DNA of 32,000 bases from positions 150,001 through 182,000 of the forward strand of contig NW_008806287.1 of the NCBI RefSeq assembly GCF_000400465.1, written 5' to 3'. Positions 11,769-23,150 of the stretch are shown here, in pieces (within the stretch, counting starts at the first letter, position 1; each line of letters opens with the position of its first letter). The notes under the pieces are model-generated. The model did not search any database and was not told the origin of the DNA. It saw only the letters and a program-made list of their open reading frames with translations. This stretch comes from Wallemia ichthyophaga EXF-994. Its lineage: Eukaryota; Fungi; Basidiomycota. A program made the position numbers and the translations under genes.

Positions 11769-14521
11769 TCAACGTGCACTAGCAGCTATCATTTTATCTA
11801 TTACCTTTGCCCTCTTGTCTGTATCTGCAAATAACGCTTTGCATAGCCTGACTAATTCTTCGGACGTGAAGTCAACTAAAGAGCCTTGTTCATGCAAGTA
11901 ACTGAGGTCTACGAGACTCGCTTCAAGGATCTCACTCAAGTACGCCATCTTGAACCAACTCTCCGTGTGCTTATACCCTTGCGTTCCATTCTCCTCAAAT
12001 ACTTCCTCGATCCCTGCCTGCAATTCCCTACACAACTTACTCACTTTGTTACTATCTTCTTCGCTGATATCGTCTAGATCCTCTACCGCCTCTATAACAA
12101 ACCTCATCACAAACTCTGCTATTGATCCTAAGAGCTGATTGAGATCTTCTACGCTAATCACGCCTTTGACTGTCGATCTTAACCTCGAGATTGATGATAT
12201 TACCCCAGCGAACGCCTTCTCGTGCTTTATTGACAGATCAATCAGTGATCCTGCCTCTGTCAGCATCTCAACCAATTGACGCTTCTGTTCCACATCCACC
12301 TCCATCATAATCTTCTTGTTGAGCATACCCAGCTTTTTACTATTACTAATTAACTCCCTTTGCCACGTTTGATGCGATAAATACTCGCAGTCGTTTGCAA
12401 ATTGTAAAGCTAATGCTGGAACAAGTTTGATTGTCTCCTGGTGTACGTGAGGGAATAAACATCTGTATATATCTATGACAGATTCCATAACAGTTGTAGC
12501 CTCCTTCAACAGGTCCTTATCTGATGAAGGTATTTCATCTGTGTGCTTAAGAAACTCCTTATCACTATAGACGTCATCCATTAGACCAATCAGCTGATTT
12601 ACATACTCTGACACTACGATTCGCCGCTTCTGTCCAATTTGTTTCTCGTCCACCGCTTGCTGTGGTATTCGGGTATGTTTTGCTGTCTCACTCCATTTGC
12701 TATCTTTAACGGGATTGCGCTCCTCATCTTCAAGTGTCCAGCCATCTTCACTAATATTATCTTTTTTTGTTGGTACTGATGCTGCTGCTGCTGCCTCATC
12801 AATGTCCATGTCATCCTTCCAAGGATCGTCGTCATCGGAAATTGGATTGGCGGGTGTCACCTTCTGCTTATCATCAGCAATCTCCACATCCTCATCGTCG
12901 TCGAGTCCCCATCCATCGTCGTCATCATTGGCTATGATATCAGGCTGGGGTGAAGTAATGGACGAGCCAGACTCTGTGCGTGACAACTGAGGTTTACCAA
13001 TCTGCTCGCCTTGAGCTGTTTCCTCTTGCAGCTGCTCAATGCCTTCTTCCTCATCTAGCCCCCAACCGTCTTCGTCCTTCTCACCATCTTCCTCATCGAC
13101 GTCCTTAATCGATGCTAACGATGTCTTAGAGTCTGCCTTCTCTATCGAAGCACGCGGTTGAGGTAATACTTCCTCATCATCTAAACCCCAGCCATCCTCA
13201 TCACCCTCATTATCTGGTAGGTGATTACTTTCATCTATATTTGGTTGAGAGGATAATCTCAAAGCATCATCGCTTATTGTTCTCTCTATGTCCTCCGTAT
13301 TGTACTTGTCACTGCTATCCTTAACCAGAACTGAAATCTCAGCTGTAAACATATCCCAATTTGGTCTCAAAATAACCTTTCTAGCATCCTTCAAAGCTCG
13401 ATTTTGTCTTTGTTCTATCCAATAATTACCCCAATTCTGAGACACTTTCTTTATCAATCCATCCTGACTAACTTGATTTTCAAAATCAACTGCTTCATCT
13501 AATCTTCTTTGGAATAGGGTTACGTCTGGCCCACCTAAGCGATATGGTAGGGATGGGAGAAGGTATACATCCATCAATCTCTCCAACACAAGTGGTGTTA
13601 GCTGTTTACCAAGATCTTGGTATCTTTTGTTGATGAATTCTAAAAAAATAGCCAGATTTTTCAATTGTGTGCTCTTAATGGGAGCTTCTGTGGTGGGCTG
13701 AAGTGTGAGTGTGTCCTCGCTGAACACTATTGTGGGTATAAGAGCTTTGCTTGTTGAAGGTGGAAGAAGTGTATCAACAAAGTATTCCTTTACGCTGCTA
13801 TAAAGATTCTTGTAGTGATTAGAGAAGCTTTTGAGAGTATTCAGCGCGTCTACTATTTCCGACAAAGGACGAGTGCCGTATAGACTTTTGAGCGTCAGAC
13901 TGGAAGCTGTGCACTTGGTTGATTCATTCCATGCGCTGTTTAAATTGTTTGTGAGAAGTTCAGATAATTCGTAGTATTCCGTCTGAAGAGTAGAAGAACC
14001 GTCCCATCGCGACACAAAAGATCGTTGAAGCTGCTCAATATTAGATTTCATATCTGATCTTAAATATTGTGCAGCTGTGGAATAGTCATTCGAGTCTATA
14101 TGCCTCCTCAACGTCGACAAAGATGAATGGACGGAATCCAGTATAGTTTTAGCCTCGTGCTCTAGCTTTGCCTGCTTGTAATCTTCTATGTGAGCTCTGT
14201 ATTGCTCAACCTCCCGCTCTAAAGAGGGCTTCATTTGTTGGATTTCTAGGTAAATGTCATCTGATTTCGACGCTATTTGTGAGTGTAATTGGGAAATACT
14301 AAGCGACTGGCTGAGCTGATGAGCGTGTGTGCTCAGGTTCCCATTAAATTTATCTGCCAACTCGACCTGAGCGCCGTTGATGAGTGGTGCTGCCAATAGC
14401 GTGGCAGTATACATACTCTGCGGTCGTTGATATCATTCTCCAATCTTCCCTGCAATGCCACTAGATCGCGTGTATTATCTATCGTCGAAAGTGATTCTAT
14501 GTATCTGTCCAAGCAACTCAT
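11769..14521 (-). CDS. ZW10: Dsl1/ZW10 family tethering and kinetochore protein
   Basis: C-terminal [44 protein letters not shown] and a central acidic-Trp lasso. Exon 1 (MSCLDRY..NDRR, 14417-14521) joins the long ORF through intron 14367-14416; the ORF-track ATG at 14414 lies inside that intron's GTATGT donor. Confidence 0.88.
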
Positions 14522-14551
14522 CGTCGTATTCGTGCAAGAGAACGGCGCTAT

Positions 14552-15647
14552 TCAAACAATCCCATCTATCAATTTACAAAGCCTTATGTTCGATTGTATC
14601 ATTTCCTTGTAATTCAGCTTGAAATCCATCGCAACAGTCTTAATTTTCTTATCGACTAGCTCGGCATCAGGACGCAGTGGCTCATCCGCGCGCGACTTGG
14701 CACAAAGAATCATATCGAACAGCGTAAGCCAATTCCAGCCGCTACTCTTAGCAAATAGGTCATTAACTACGTCATACCATTCACTAGAATCCTTTGTCAA
14801 GTCTTTTATGTCCTCCACAGAAGTTTCAACTGCGGCATACTCAGCCTTCATCGACGCATACATATCCAGTAAGCAATTGCTATTGCTCCAGTTGTGGTTG
14901 ATCGATATACAGTCGTCCAAATTCTCTACCTGGTGATACCAGCCACTCGGTATGAAAATTATTTGTCCAGGCTCTTGAACCACCTCTGTCGCGTACTTTT
15001 CTGCCTCATAAAACTGTTTAAACACACTCCTATCCACATCGCGTACATCGTACACTATCTCCGATGTCGTAATATGTGGAAATCGCCGCAAAAAAGTTTC
15101 AGTATGTGGTGGAAAAAGCCTCCACAGCTTCCTGCCAATGATATTAGCTGACCAAGAGTAGCTCCTATATACATCACGGTGTAAGCCTGTAAAAGTAGAT
15201 GCTGATCCAGCATAGACGAATCTGAAATCGTCGTTTGTATGTGCTAGATAGTAGTCGTTCATCCAGTCGTCGCGTAAATATGACGGTGTAGAGTAGAAGG
15301 AATCCCCACTCCTCAATCCTAAATGCCAGTCTTTAATATACAGACGCTCCCCCTGCTTCATTCTGGTGATTGCATTGCCAACTGTCATTTCTTCTCGCTG
15401 CTGGTCGCTGAAATCTCTCACTTCACACAGCGCCACAGAAACGACCTGATCGCCATAGAGCGACGCTAGCGTATCCAGACTCTCCCATTCTTGATAAGCA
15501 GTCCAGCTCTTTACTGCATCCGAGTTAATCAAACAGGGGAGATTCGGTAACAGATTTCTAGACTGCCAATTAAAAGTCGAAGTGATCGCCGATAATTCTC
15601 CTCACTAAAAACTCATCATATTGTGGATCACCAATGACTGCGACCAT
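14552..15647 (-). CDS. JMJD4: JmjC 2-oxoglutarate/Fe(II) oxygenase, JMJD4-like
   Basis: Spliced N-terminus ..YDEFLSRNLLPNLPCLI, LYIKDWHL, DDFRFVYAG, HxD in TGLHRDVYRSYSWSANIIGRKLW, and GWYHQVENLDDCISINHNW. Confidence 0.85.
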
Positions 15648-15809
15648 TAAAGCCAATCAGAGCGTCAAGCAGCTCGCAAAAGACAAGAAAGAAGCCAAAT
15701 GTAAACTGTAATTCATGCCAACAATCGTGTAAACGTGTAAAAGAACAAAATATGGGTATAGAAAGTATTGTAAAGTGTAATATTGCTGCTGTAATAATGA
15801 TAACAAACG

Positions 15810-18588
15810 TTACTGCTCCGTTGGTCTAGATATGTTAGGTTTCACATGCACACTCTCGTCCTCGTATGCTTCAATGATCGAGTTGGAGTCCAATTGATCT
15901 TCATTTGTCGGTTCACGTTGTTCGCTTTCATGTTCTGCTCCTTGTGGCGTACTCCTCTGAGACTGCTCCTTTGAGTGTGACTTAGATGATTGGCTACTGC
16001 TATTTCTGTTCCTCCTGAATGAAAATTTTCTATGCGAAGTTGAAGAACTATCCTTAGTATAAGGTAATATCGATTCAGTTTTATGGTAGCGTGAACTACT
16101 CTTCCTGTTCAAACTACCATAACCACTGTCAGGTGTTCCAAGCTGAGGCGACTGACTAGTTTCAGCGCCTTGCTCATTATCACTTGACTGTGATTTACGT
16201 CTAGATGAAGTTCTAGTCGTTGGAGATGATCTCATTTGAGAGGCTCTTCTGCCTAGTACTTGAAATTGCTCTCTAAACCCACCTGAAGTAGTTCTAGGTG
16301 CAAAGTCACTTAACGATAGACCTTGCGTCGAGGCTCTCATAGATGACATATCATGAGTTTGTGATGCTTCACTGCGCTGTAAAGGTGAAGCTATTGCATA
16401 CTTGGTTCTCGACGTCTCACCAACATTAGACGCCAGCGTGTTTGAGCGCTTCAAATCTATTCTCTCACTTTTCTGTGGTAGCGGTGCCCATGTCAATGGC
16501 TCATTATCAAATATAGTCTTGTAGTAGAGTATAAGATCTTCCATTGTCTTGTCCTTCGATGCAGCATGCTGCATTTTGAGCGCATCTTCTGCACTCATAC
16601 CTTGAAGCTCCTCAATATTGATATCACCCATAATCACAGGCTGGAAGACTATCGCCAAGCTTGACACATTCATCTTATTGTATGGCTCATAAAGTGCAAC
16701 CAAAGCAAGGTGTTCGACGACCATTTTCAGAGTTTGTGATGCTAGTGGCGACAATTTTCTCATTTTAGACTTGAGCAATGGAAAAGCTTCAGCGAATTGC
16801 TTTTGGCGCGTTTCTGTGTGTTGTACACGTTCAGCTAAAGAACATCTGAACAAAGGCTCGGGTAGCTGACGTAGGTATAACTTTAACACTCCTGCAATTG
16901 TATGTGGTTCATCTGAACTCGTTATCTCAAAGTTGCCATAGTCTTTCTCAATTCTCCTGACCATATCAGTGACAGCTGCTTGGCGCGGACTGATTCTGTA
17001 AATACCTTCGGTTCTGATAGGGCTCCTGTTCAATGCTGCAATGGCTTGCGATACAACACGCGGTGGTACGTCACCAGTACCGCAAGTCATAGCTAAATCA
17101 GACAACTTAACGCCAAAAACTAATTCAAACGATTCACCAGCGTGATCAACATAGAGATAACGAGGGGGTATACCAAGTGAAGCGGGATCAGCAGGTAGAG
17201 TACCCTTGAATTGAGCTAGATCCTTCTCTGGATCGATTCTTTCGACTGTATCGCGTACAGTTTGAGATAAACCGTCATGCTTCTTGACTAAATCTATATT
17301 ATGCTCAGTGTAGCAAGTGAGACGCTCACGCATTTGTTCTGACAATGCTTCAATGAACTCGGACAAACTAACGAAAGCAGCTCCTTGAAGGCGCTCACGC
17401 TGCAGTCTGAGACTTTCTAAATGAAATACTGCTTGTCGGTATGTGTTGTCAGCTTCCTCAGCCTCCCTCTTAGCTTTGGCTATCTTGAGTGCACTAGGTT
17501 TTGAACCAGATTGAATGGATGTAGGGTCTTCAACGAGTTTGCTATCACGATCAGAGTCGTTACTAGCACCAGCACCCATATTCTTGAAAAAGCTATTAAG
17601 ATGACGTTTACCATTAGCCCAATCTTTAGTTTTGAAAGCGTTTATCATGTCTTTACCGGCAGAATTTGCGTTTGCAGATTCTGGCGACATAGGTCGCGAT
17701 GAAGGTTCCTCAGAAGCGGTTGAGGTATTGCTCTGAATGGGTTGTATGATATTCTGTAACAATCTGGCTTGAGCGTCGACAGCAGCGCTCTGACGTTGAT
17801 GGGCTTCAAGTTCTATATACTTCTTCTCGTACGACTTCTTGTACTTCATAACTCTTTCTCTGTACTCGTTGTAATCGGCAGAGCTAGATCTGATATCTTC
17901 TTTAACGCGACGACGTGTACGTTCGTGGGTGTCCTAAAACGGATGAGAACGTGAGAATGAAAGTAATTTGAAAGCGCACCTTGAAAACGGTCAATGGATC
18001 AACTACGTCATCCTCCAAGGCCTGCCTGAAGTTGTCTCGGACTTGGCGTTCACGGTCCAAACCATCTCTAACCTCTGACCATACGTGACGAAGAGATGTC
18101 ATGGCATATTTACTGGTAATTTCCGTGAGACTGCTATCACAGCGGTGTATTCCGAGGACATACGTATCTAAATCGTTGTCAATCCTGCTAGCTGAGTCGT
18201 GTAAACGGTTAAGGCCTTGTATACTGGGTTTGTTAGCTGCTGTGAATGGCTCATTCACCTCTCGCCTACTATTGAGTCTCTAGTGCTATCCTAATAGGTG
18301 AAAATCAACGCCGGGACATTACAAAGAGCAATTGAAACGCACCGCTCGTTGAAGAATTGTACGTATGACTAAAGTACGCTTATTAATAGGTGTGTAAATC
18401 CTCACTAGCGAACGAACCTCATTCAATTCCTTTGCTTTGAATGCAAATAAACTGAGCAAACCGAGCTCCTGGACTTGGTTGTGGTTACCAGAGGACAAAC
18501 GCGGCTGCTGGCTGTAGTCCTGCAGCGTATACTCAGAATTATCGCTAAAAATCACTCCATTCCTCACTGTGGAACTCCTGGCTGTCAT
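15810..18588 (-). CDS. F-BAR (FCH) + RhoGAP protein (Rgd1/Rga7-like)
   Basis: Spliced N-terminus ..ELNESYVQFFNERIALETQYIQGLNRLH (F-BAR start, built from 26-nt and 21-nt exons), helical coiled coil, GAP domain EGIYRIS (arginine finger), VLKLYLRQLPEPLF, NKMNVSSLAIVFQP, then a Ser-rich tail. Confidence 0.85.
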
Positions 18589-18661
18589 CAACGTCTGTGA
18601 TGAACGAGGATTTAATCCTGGGTAAAAGGATCAAGTAGATAAAATAAATAAATGCAAACAC

Positions 18662-19816
18662 TTATTTGAGATACACGCGTCCATCGCTTTCAACTTGTAC
18701 TGTTTGTCCATCAAACCCAGGTCCAATGTCCATATCAACTGCTTGCTTCTGCTTTATGTACTCTATCCAACTAGCATGTGTACGCTCATGTCCAAATCCA
18801 ATATAAAGTGTTTTCTGTGCACCGATCCGATACGTTGCATTCAAACTCTGTTCCAATCCGAAATGTGATAAGTGGGGGTCTGTTTTCAGGCAATCTAGTG
18901 CGAGAACTGCGGGTTTTCTATCCCAGAATGTCCGCTCTATAATTTCGTATGCTCTCTCTGGAATTCTACTTACATCTGCCATATAAATCAAACCAACGGG
19001 GAATATGAAACTGAGACAAATAAACGGCGAGCTATCTCCCGATACACTCTTAGGTGAAGCTAATCCATGTTCCACCTCCGCGGAGATAACAGGCACACCT
19101 GCGACATCAAACTGCTCTCCTGGTGTTATTATGTGCCATCTGAATGCTGGAACATCACCACCGCCGCTGGCTTTTTAAGTTAAGAATTTGTATTAGAAAG
19201 TCTCAGTTTTAGCCATAAATATTGCCCACCTTTCGAGCTATCGACCACTGTAATCCTTACGTCAGCCAAAACCGACAGTATCTGTCAGCGAACCCACTGT
19301 AAGGAAACACATTCTTAACGGTGTTGAATGTATCCAGGTTGGTATAAACGTCTATGCAGTCCTGTATCGAACGCATAGTCCACGCCTGTAAGGATTCTCA
19401 GTAAACTACTCGACCAACTCCACCGATAGTATCCACCGATAGTATCTTCTACCCACCCTCAAATCATCTAATCCATACATAGCATCAGCATGGCCGTGTG
19501 TAAGCAGTAGTCCGTCAATCTTTCTCAGCCCTCGCTTAGGAAATTGCCTCAACGAATCCCTATAAAACGTCTTGCCACAATCAATCAATATGGTCTTAAT
19601 ATTTCCATCGCCCCCTTTTGCCTGCACGACTGCCGATGTATTGCCCCTCGTATCCTCCTCCGCGGACGATAAGCACGTCTTGCATCGTTGTTCGGGATCC
19701 GTGACGCATGGCAATATGGGCACCGCAGAGCTAGTACCTGTACCCAGAAACATGAATTCAAATTGCGTTTCTCGTACATCGCTCTGATTGCTATCTGGCA
19801 GCATTTCTGGTAGCAT
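18662..19816 (-). CDS. Metallo-beta-lactamase-fold hydrolase (PhnP-like)
   Basis: FLGTGTSSAVP, ILIDCGKTF, HxHxD in LLTHGHADAMYGLDDLR, FPYMVDSSKASGGGDVPAFRWH after splicing introns 19386-19456, 19248-19297 and 19171-19229, and HFGLEQS..GFGHERTH. Confidence 0.85.
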
Positions 19817-19915
19817 CAAGCGTGCTATGATGATAGTCTATTTTTAACCCATCAATAACTCCGACTACAACGAATGAAACATGCATTATAAATTCTTTTG
19901 TGCCTTTATTTACAA

Positions 19916-21689
19916 CTAACTTGGTGGCGGTGGTGGTGGGATACCTTCGTCTGGTGGTAATGGTGCATCATCAGCAGGCATTTCAGGTGGAAGTGGAGCA
20001 TCTTCAACGTCTTGGAGTTTTCCATACGCCCCAACAATGGTACGTCCACCGAATACTCTACCAGCTAGCGCTTTCAACGCCTTACTCGCCTGCTCTTCTG
20101 TTTTATACAGAATATATATCTTCCCAACGCCTAACTCCTCTGCAACTGCTTCAAATCGGAAGTCTTCCCCAGATGCTGTAACAACTCCGGGTGTTCTGAA
20201 TACTGGATCATCTGGTCTAGGTGGTCGAGGTATCTTGATTTTTACCACCTCACCATACTGTGAACACTCCTCTTGAATATCCTCTCTGATTTCTTGGTAG
20301 TCGAGATCATCTCTGAGCTCCTCCGCGGTCACCATATTCAATAAAAGTAAGACGTTTGTGCGGAAAGCTTGTGTTTCTGACGCCATTGGAAGAATCTGAG
20401 CAATTGTTGATGTACCACCTGCGCCAACTTTACCCATTGGACCAGTTGATGAGCGCTGAACGACAAGCTTTCTGTCGCCTACTTCCATCCCGTTCAGACC
20501 TTGTATAGCAATGTCGGTGAGTGAGGGATCCTTGTACTCGCAAAATGCAAATCCCTATTTTTTTTTATATATGTTAGTTAAGGCAATTGATAACACAATC
20601 AAAACTCACTTTTGAAACCTCCGTCGTTCCTTCTTTAACCAAATTGAAAGAGCGTAGCTCACCAAAACTACTGAGCAACTCCATCACCTGCTCGTCCGTG
20701 AGGAAAGAAGGCAAGCTACCGACAAAGATTTTCTGGTCAGAATCTGGCACCGTTCCACTGACGTTGTTGCCTTGTTTGCTCTGTAGCTCCTCAAGCACAA
20801 CATCTGGACGCTTAACCTGGATGGATTCACCTTGGAAGATGGTGCCATCAAATTGTAGAGCCAGAGTAGCCTCTTCTGGGTTTCTAAACTCAACGTAAGC
20901 GTAACCTCTGTCGTGCTTAACTGTGACATTAACGGTAGCATCGCCAGGAATTTTTGCGACTTGATCAATAGTCGACATTTTATCATTAAACAACTTTGTC
21001 AAGTTCTCTTCATTGTGATTTGGTTTGATGTCGCCAATAAAGACTCTTCTAGAAGCCCTTGATCCAGTGAAATCCTCTAAAGTAGGAGGAAGATTAGAGA
21101 AGGAAGATTGGCCAGGGAAAGCAACAGCGCGTTGAACGCCTGCCATGGCGAAGATACCAGAATACTTAGCCTGCAAAGCTGTAATACCTTCGAAGCCAGG
21201 TGGTTTGATATCCCAATAGCTTCTCTGTTTTTTGCGTTGTGATAGTGGCACAATATTGTCTGGAGTTGGGCTGCGTCTTTTTGGAGTGCCGTAACTACGA
21301 TCCATGTCTTCTCTGCCACGGTCGCGGTCAGCGCGATCACCACGGTCTCTATCAATTCTCCTCCTATCGTCTCTGTCTCTGTCGGATCTCCTCGGACGCC
21401 TGTCGTCGTAGCGGTCTCTGTCGCTCCTGTCTCTATCCCTGCGATCGTAGCGCTCAAAGTCTCTTTCGCGGTCTTCACGGCGTGCGCGTCTATCGTAATC
21501 ATCGCGACGGCGAGATCTATCGTATCTGTCGTCGTCTCTGTCGCGGCGAGGTCTATCAGAGTAACGTCTGCGGTCTAAAGATGGTCAGAAATACGTGGAT
21601 AAAACCGTTAAATAAACTCACCGTAATCTCTATCTCTGTCCCTGCGTCGTTGTGAGAAATAAATCTGTGCAATTCTTTTCAACTCACAT
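19916..21689 (-). CDS. U2AF2: Splicing factor U2AF large subunit
   Basis: RD/RS-rich N-terminus, ULM Trp (RSYWDIKPPGFE), RRM1 (RGYAYVEF), RRM2 (KIFVGSLP..KGFAFCEY), C-terminal UHM (NVLLLLNMVTAEEL). Introns 21642-21687, 21575-21621 and 20555-20609. Confidence 0.95.
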
Positions 21690-21785
21690 GGCGGTAAGAG
21701 ATGAGGAGATGGACACGCACAAGAGGGAATATCAATTATAGTATATTTTATGTATGTTTATTGAAATATAATTCTATACGTTAAT

Positions 21786-23039
21786 CTATTTTAAATCTCT
21801 AGCCTTATCGACAGCCCAGCGGAGTTGCTCAAGAATAACGAATATGGCTATCGAGTTAGGGCAAAGTCTAATCCAGGCTGGAGTCCAGCCTCTGAAAAGG
21901 AATCCCGGTCCTTCATGTTGAAGAGAAGACTTGAACATCTGAGTGATAGATCCACCCGCGCTAGATTGACTCATAACTCTCGACTTGATTACATCTGCTG
22001 GTGAGCACACGGTAGTAGCGAGTGTGCCTGCCAAGAATGACGCAGAGAAATGAAGCGGAAGGCCTTCCTCCATTTCAACAAAAGTCATCAAACTTCTCTT
22101 GAAGTAATCGTAGCTAGCCAACTGCGACGCATTCATAAGGATAGCTCTGACGGTATTCGGGCCCAATCCTCTAAACAGCGTTTTGACTCCTTCATCCTTT
22201 GTCATTCTGAAGGTACCATGCAGCGCATTTCTATATCCCTTTCTTTCAGCAGCAGGTTTAGTAGCATCCGAAGTCATTCTAACTAGAACAATATCTGTTA
22301 TGCGTTAGATATACTCAAATTTCTATCCTCGCTTCTCACCTGCTGGATTCCCCGCAATACCGCCCAAAGCCCCGGCACCTGAAGCACAGAGCACCATATT
22401 AGCAGCGCTGGCCTGTTCTGCGTCATGTGAGTTAGTGCGACTACACGACGTACGCCAACTCACGACCAGGTTTGGCAGTAAACGCTTTAAGTTTCTCATA
22501 AGCGCCAAAACGGGTAATCGAGTAGGTCATCCTGGCGTGAGCTTTAGCGTGAGCTCAAGTGAGTGAGTGAAAAGCTTCACTCTGCCACTCACTGCCTAAA
22601 CACCGAAGCGCTCAAACCAACATAGAGACCTCTGATACCTGCATGATTAGTCAGTATGGACAAACCCACTTGTAATCCAACCCACCTTGCTCTTTCACCG
22701 TGGAGATCATCGTCCGCAGCATATTCTGCCTATCCTTTGCAGCCATCGTTTGCATACGCACCTTGGTGAGATCGAGCGGGTGCGTGAGGCATGCAGCCAT
22801 AGACGCAGCGACACCTGCAGACGTGCCATACGTGTAAGCAATTCTCTTACTATCGCTATTGCTTCATACATACCTCCCAGCCTGCTCTACTTAGCTACAA
22901 ATTTTTGTCGTTTTTATACTAACACTCACCAGAATGGATATGAACGTTTTGCAGGTGCGGGTGCGGGCGCAGATACAGGCGCAGATACAGGCGCAGGCGC
23001 AGAACCAGAAACTGTCTTTTCTTGTGCGTAGTTTGACAT
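21786..23039 (-). CDS. DIC1: Mitochondrial dicarboxylate carrier (SLC25)
   Basis: Spliced YPFWLGGVAASMAACLTHPLDLTKVRMQT, GLYVGLSASVFRQMTYSITRFGAYE, GNPADIVLVRM, RAILMNASQLASYD, CSPADVIKSRVM, GWTPAWIRLCPNS. Three carrier signature repeats are present. Confidence 0.93.
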
Positions 23040-23051
23040 TCTCCGACGGCT

Positions 23052-23087
23052 TGGCTGTGGCTGTGGCTGTGGCTATGGCACTGGCCG
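23052..23087 (+). repeat. Degenerate hexamer microsatellite (TGGCNN)6 just upstream of the DIC1 ATG
   Basis: TGGCTG x3, TGGCTA, TGGCAC, TGGCCG read directly. An in-frame TAG rules out an N-terminal extension of DIC1. Confidence 0.7.
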
Positions 23088-23150
23088 TGATTGGTGGATA
23101 GGAAGAAGTTTACAGGCACACATGTGTTTAAAACTTAGATAATTATAACA

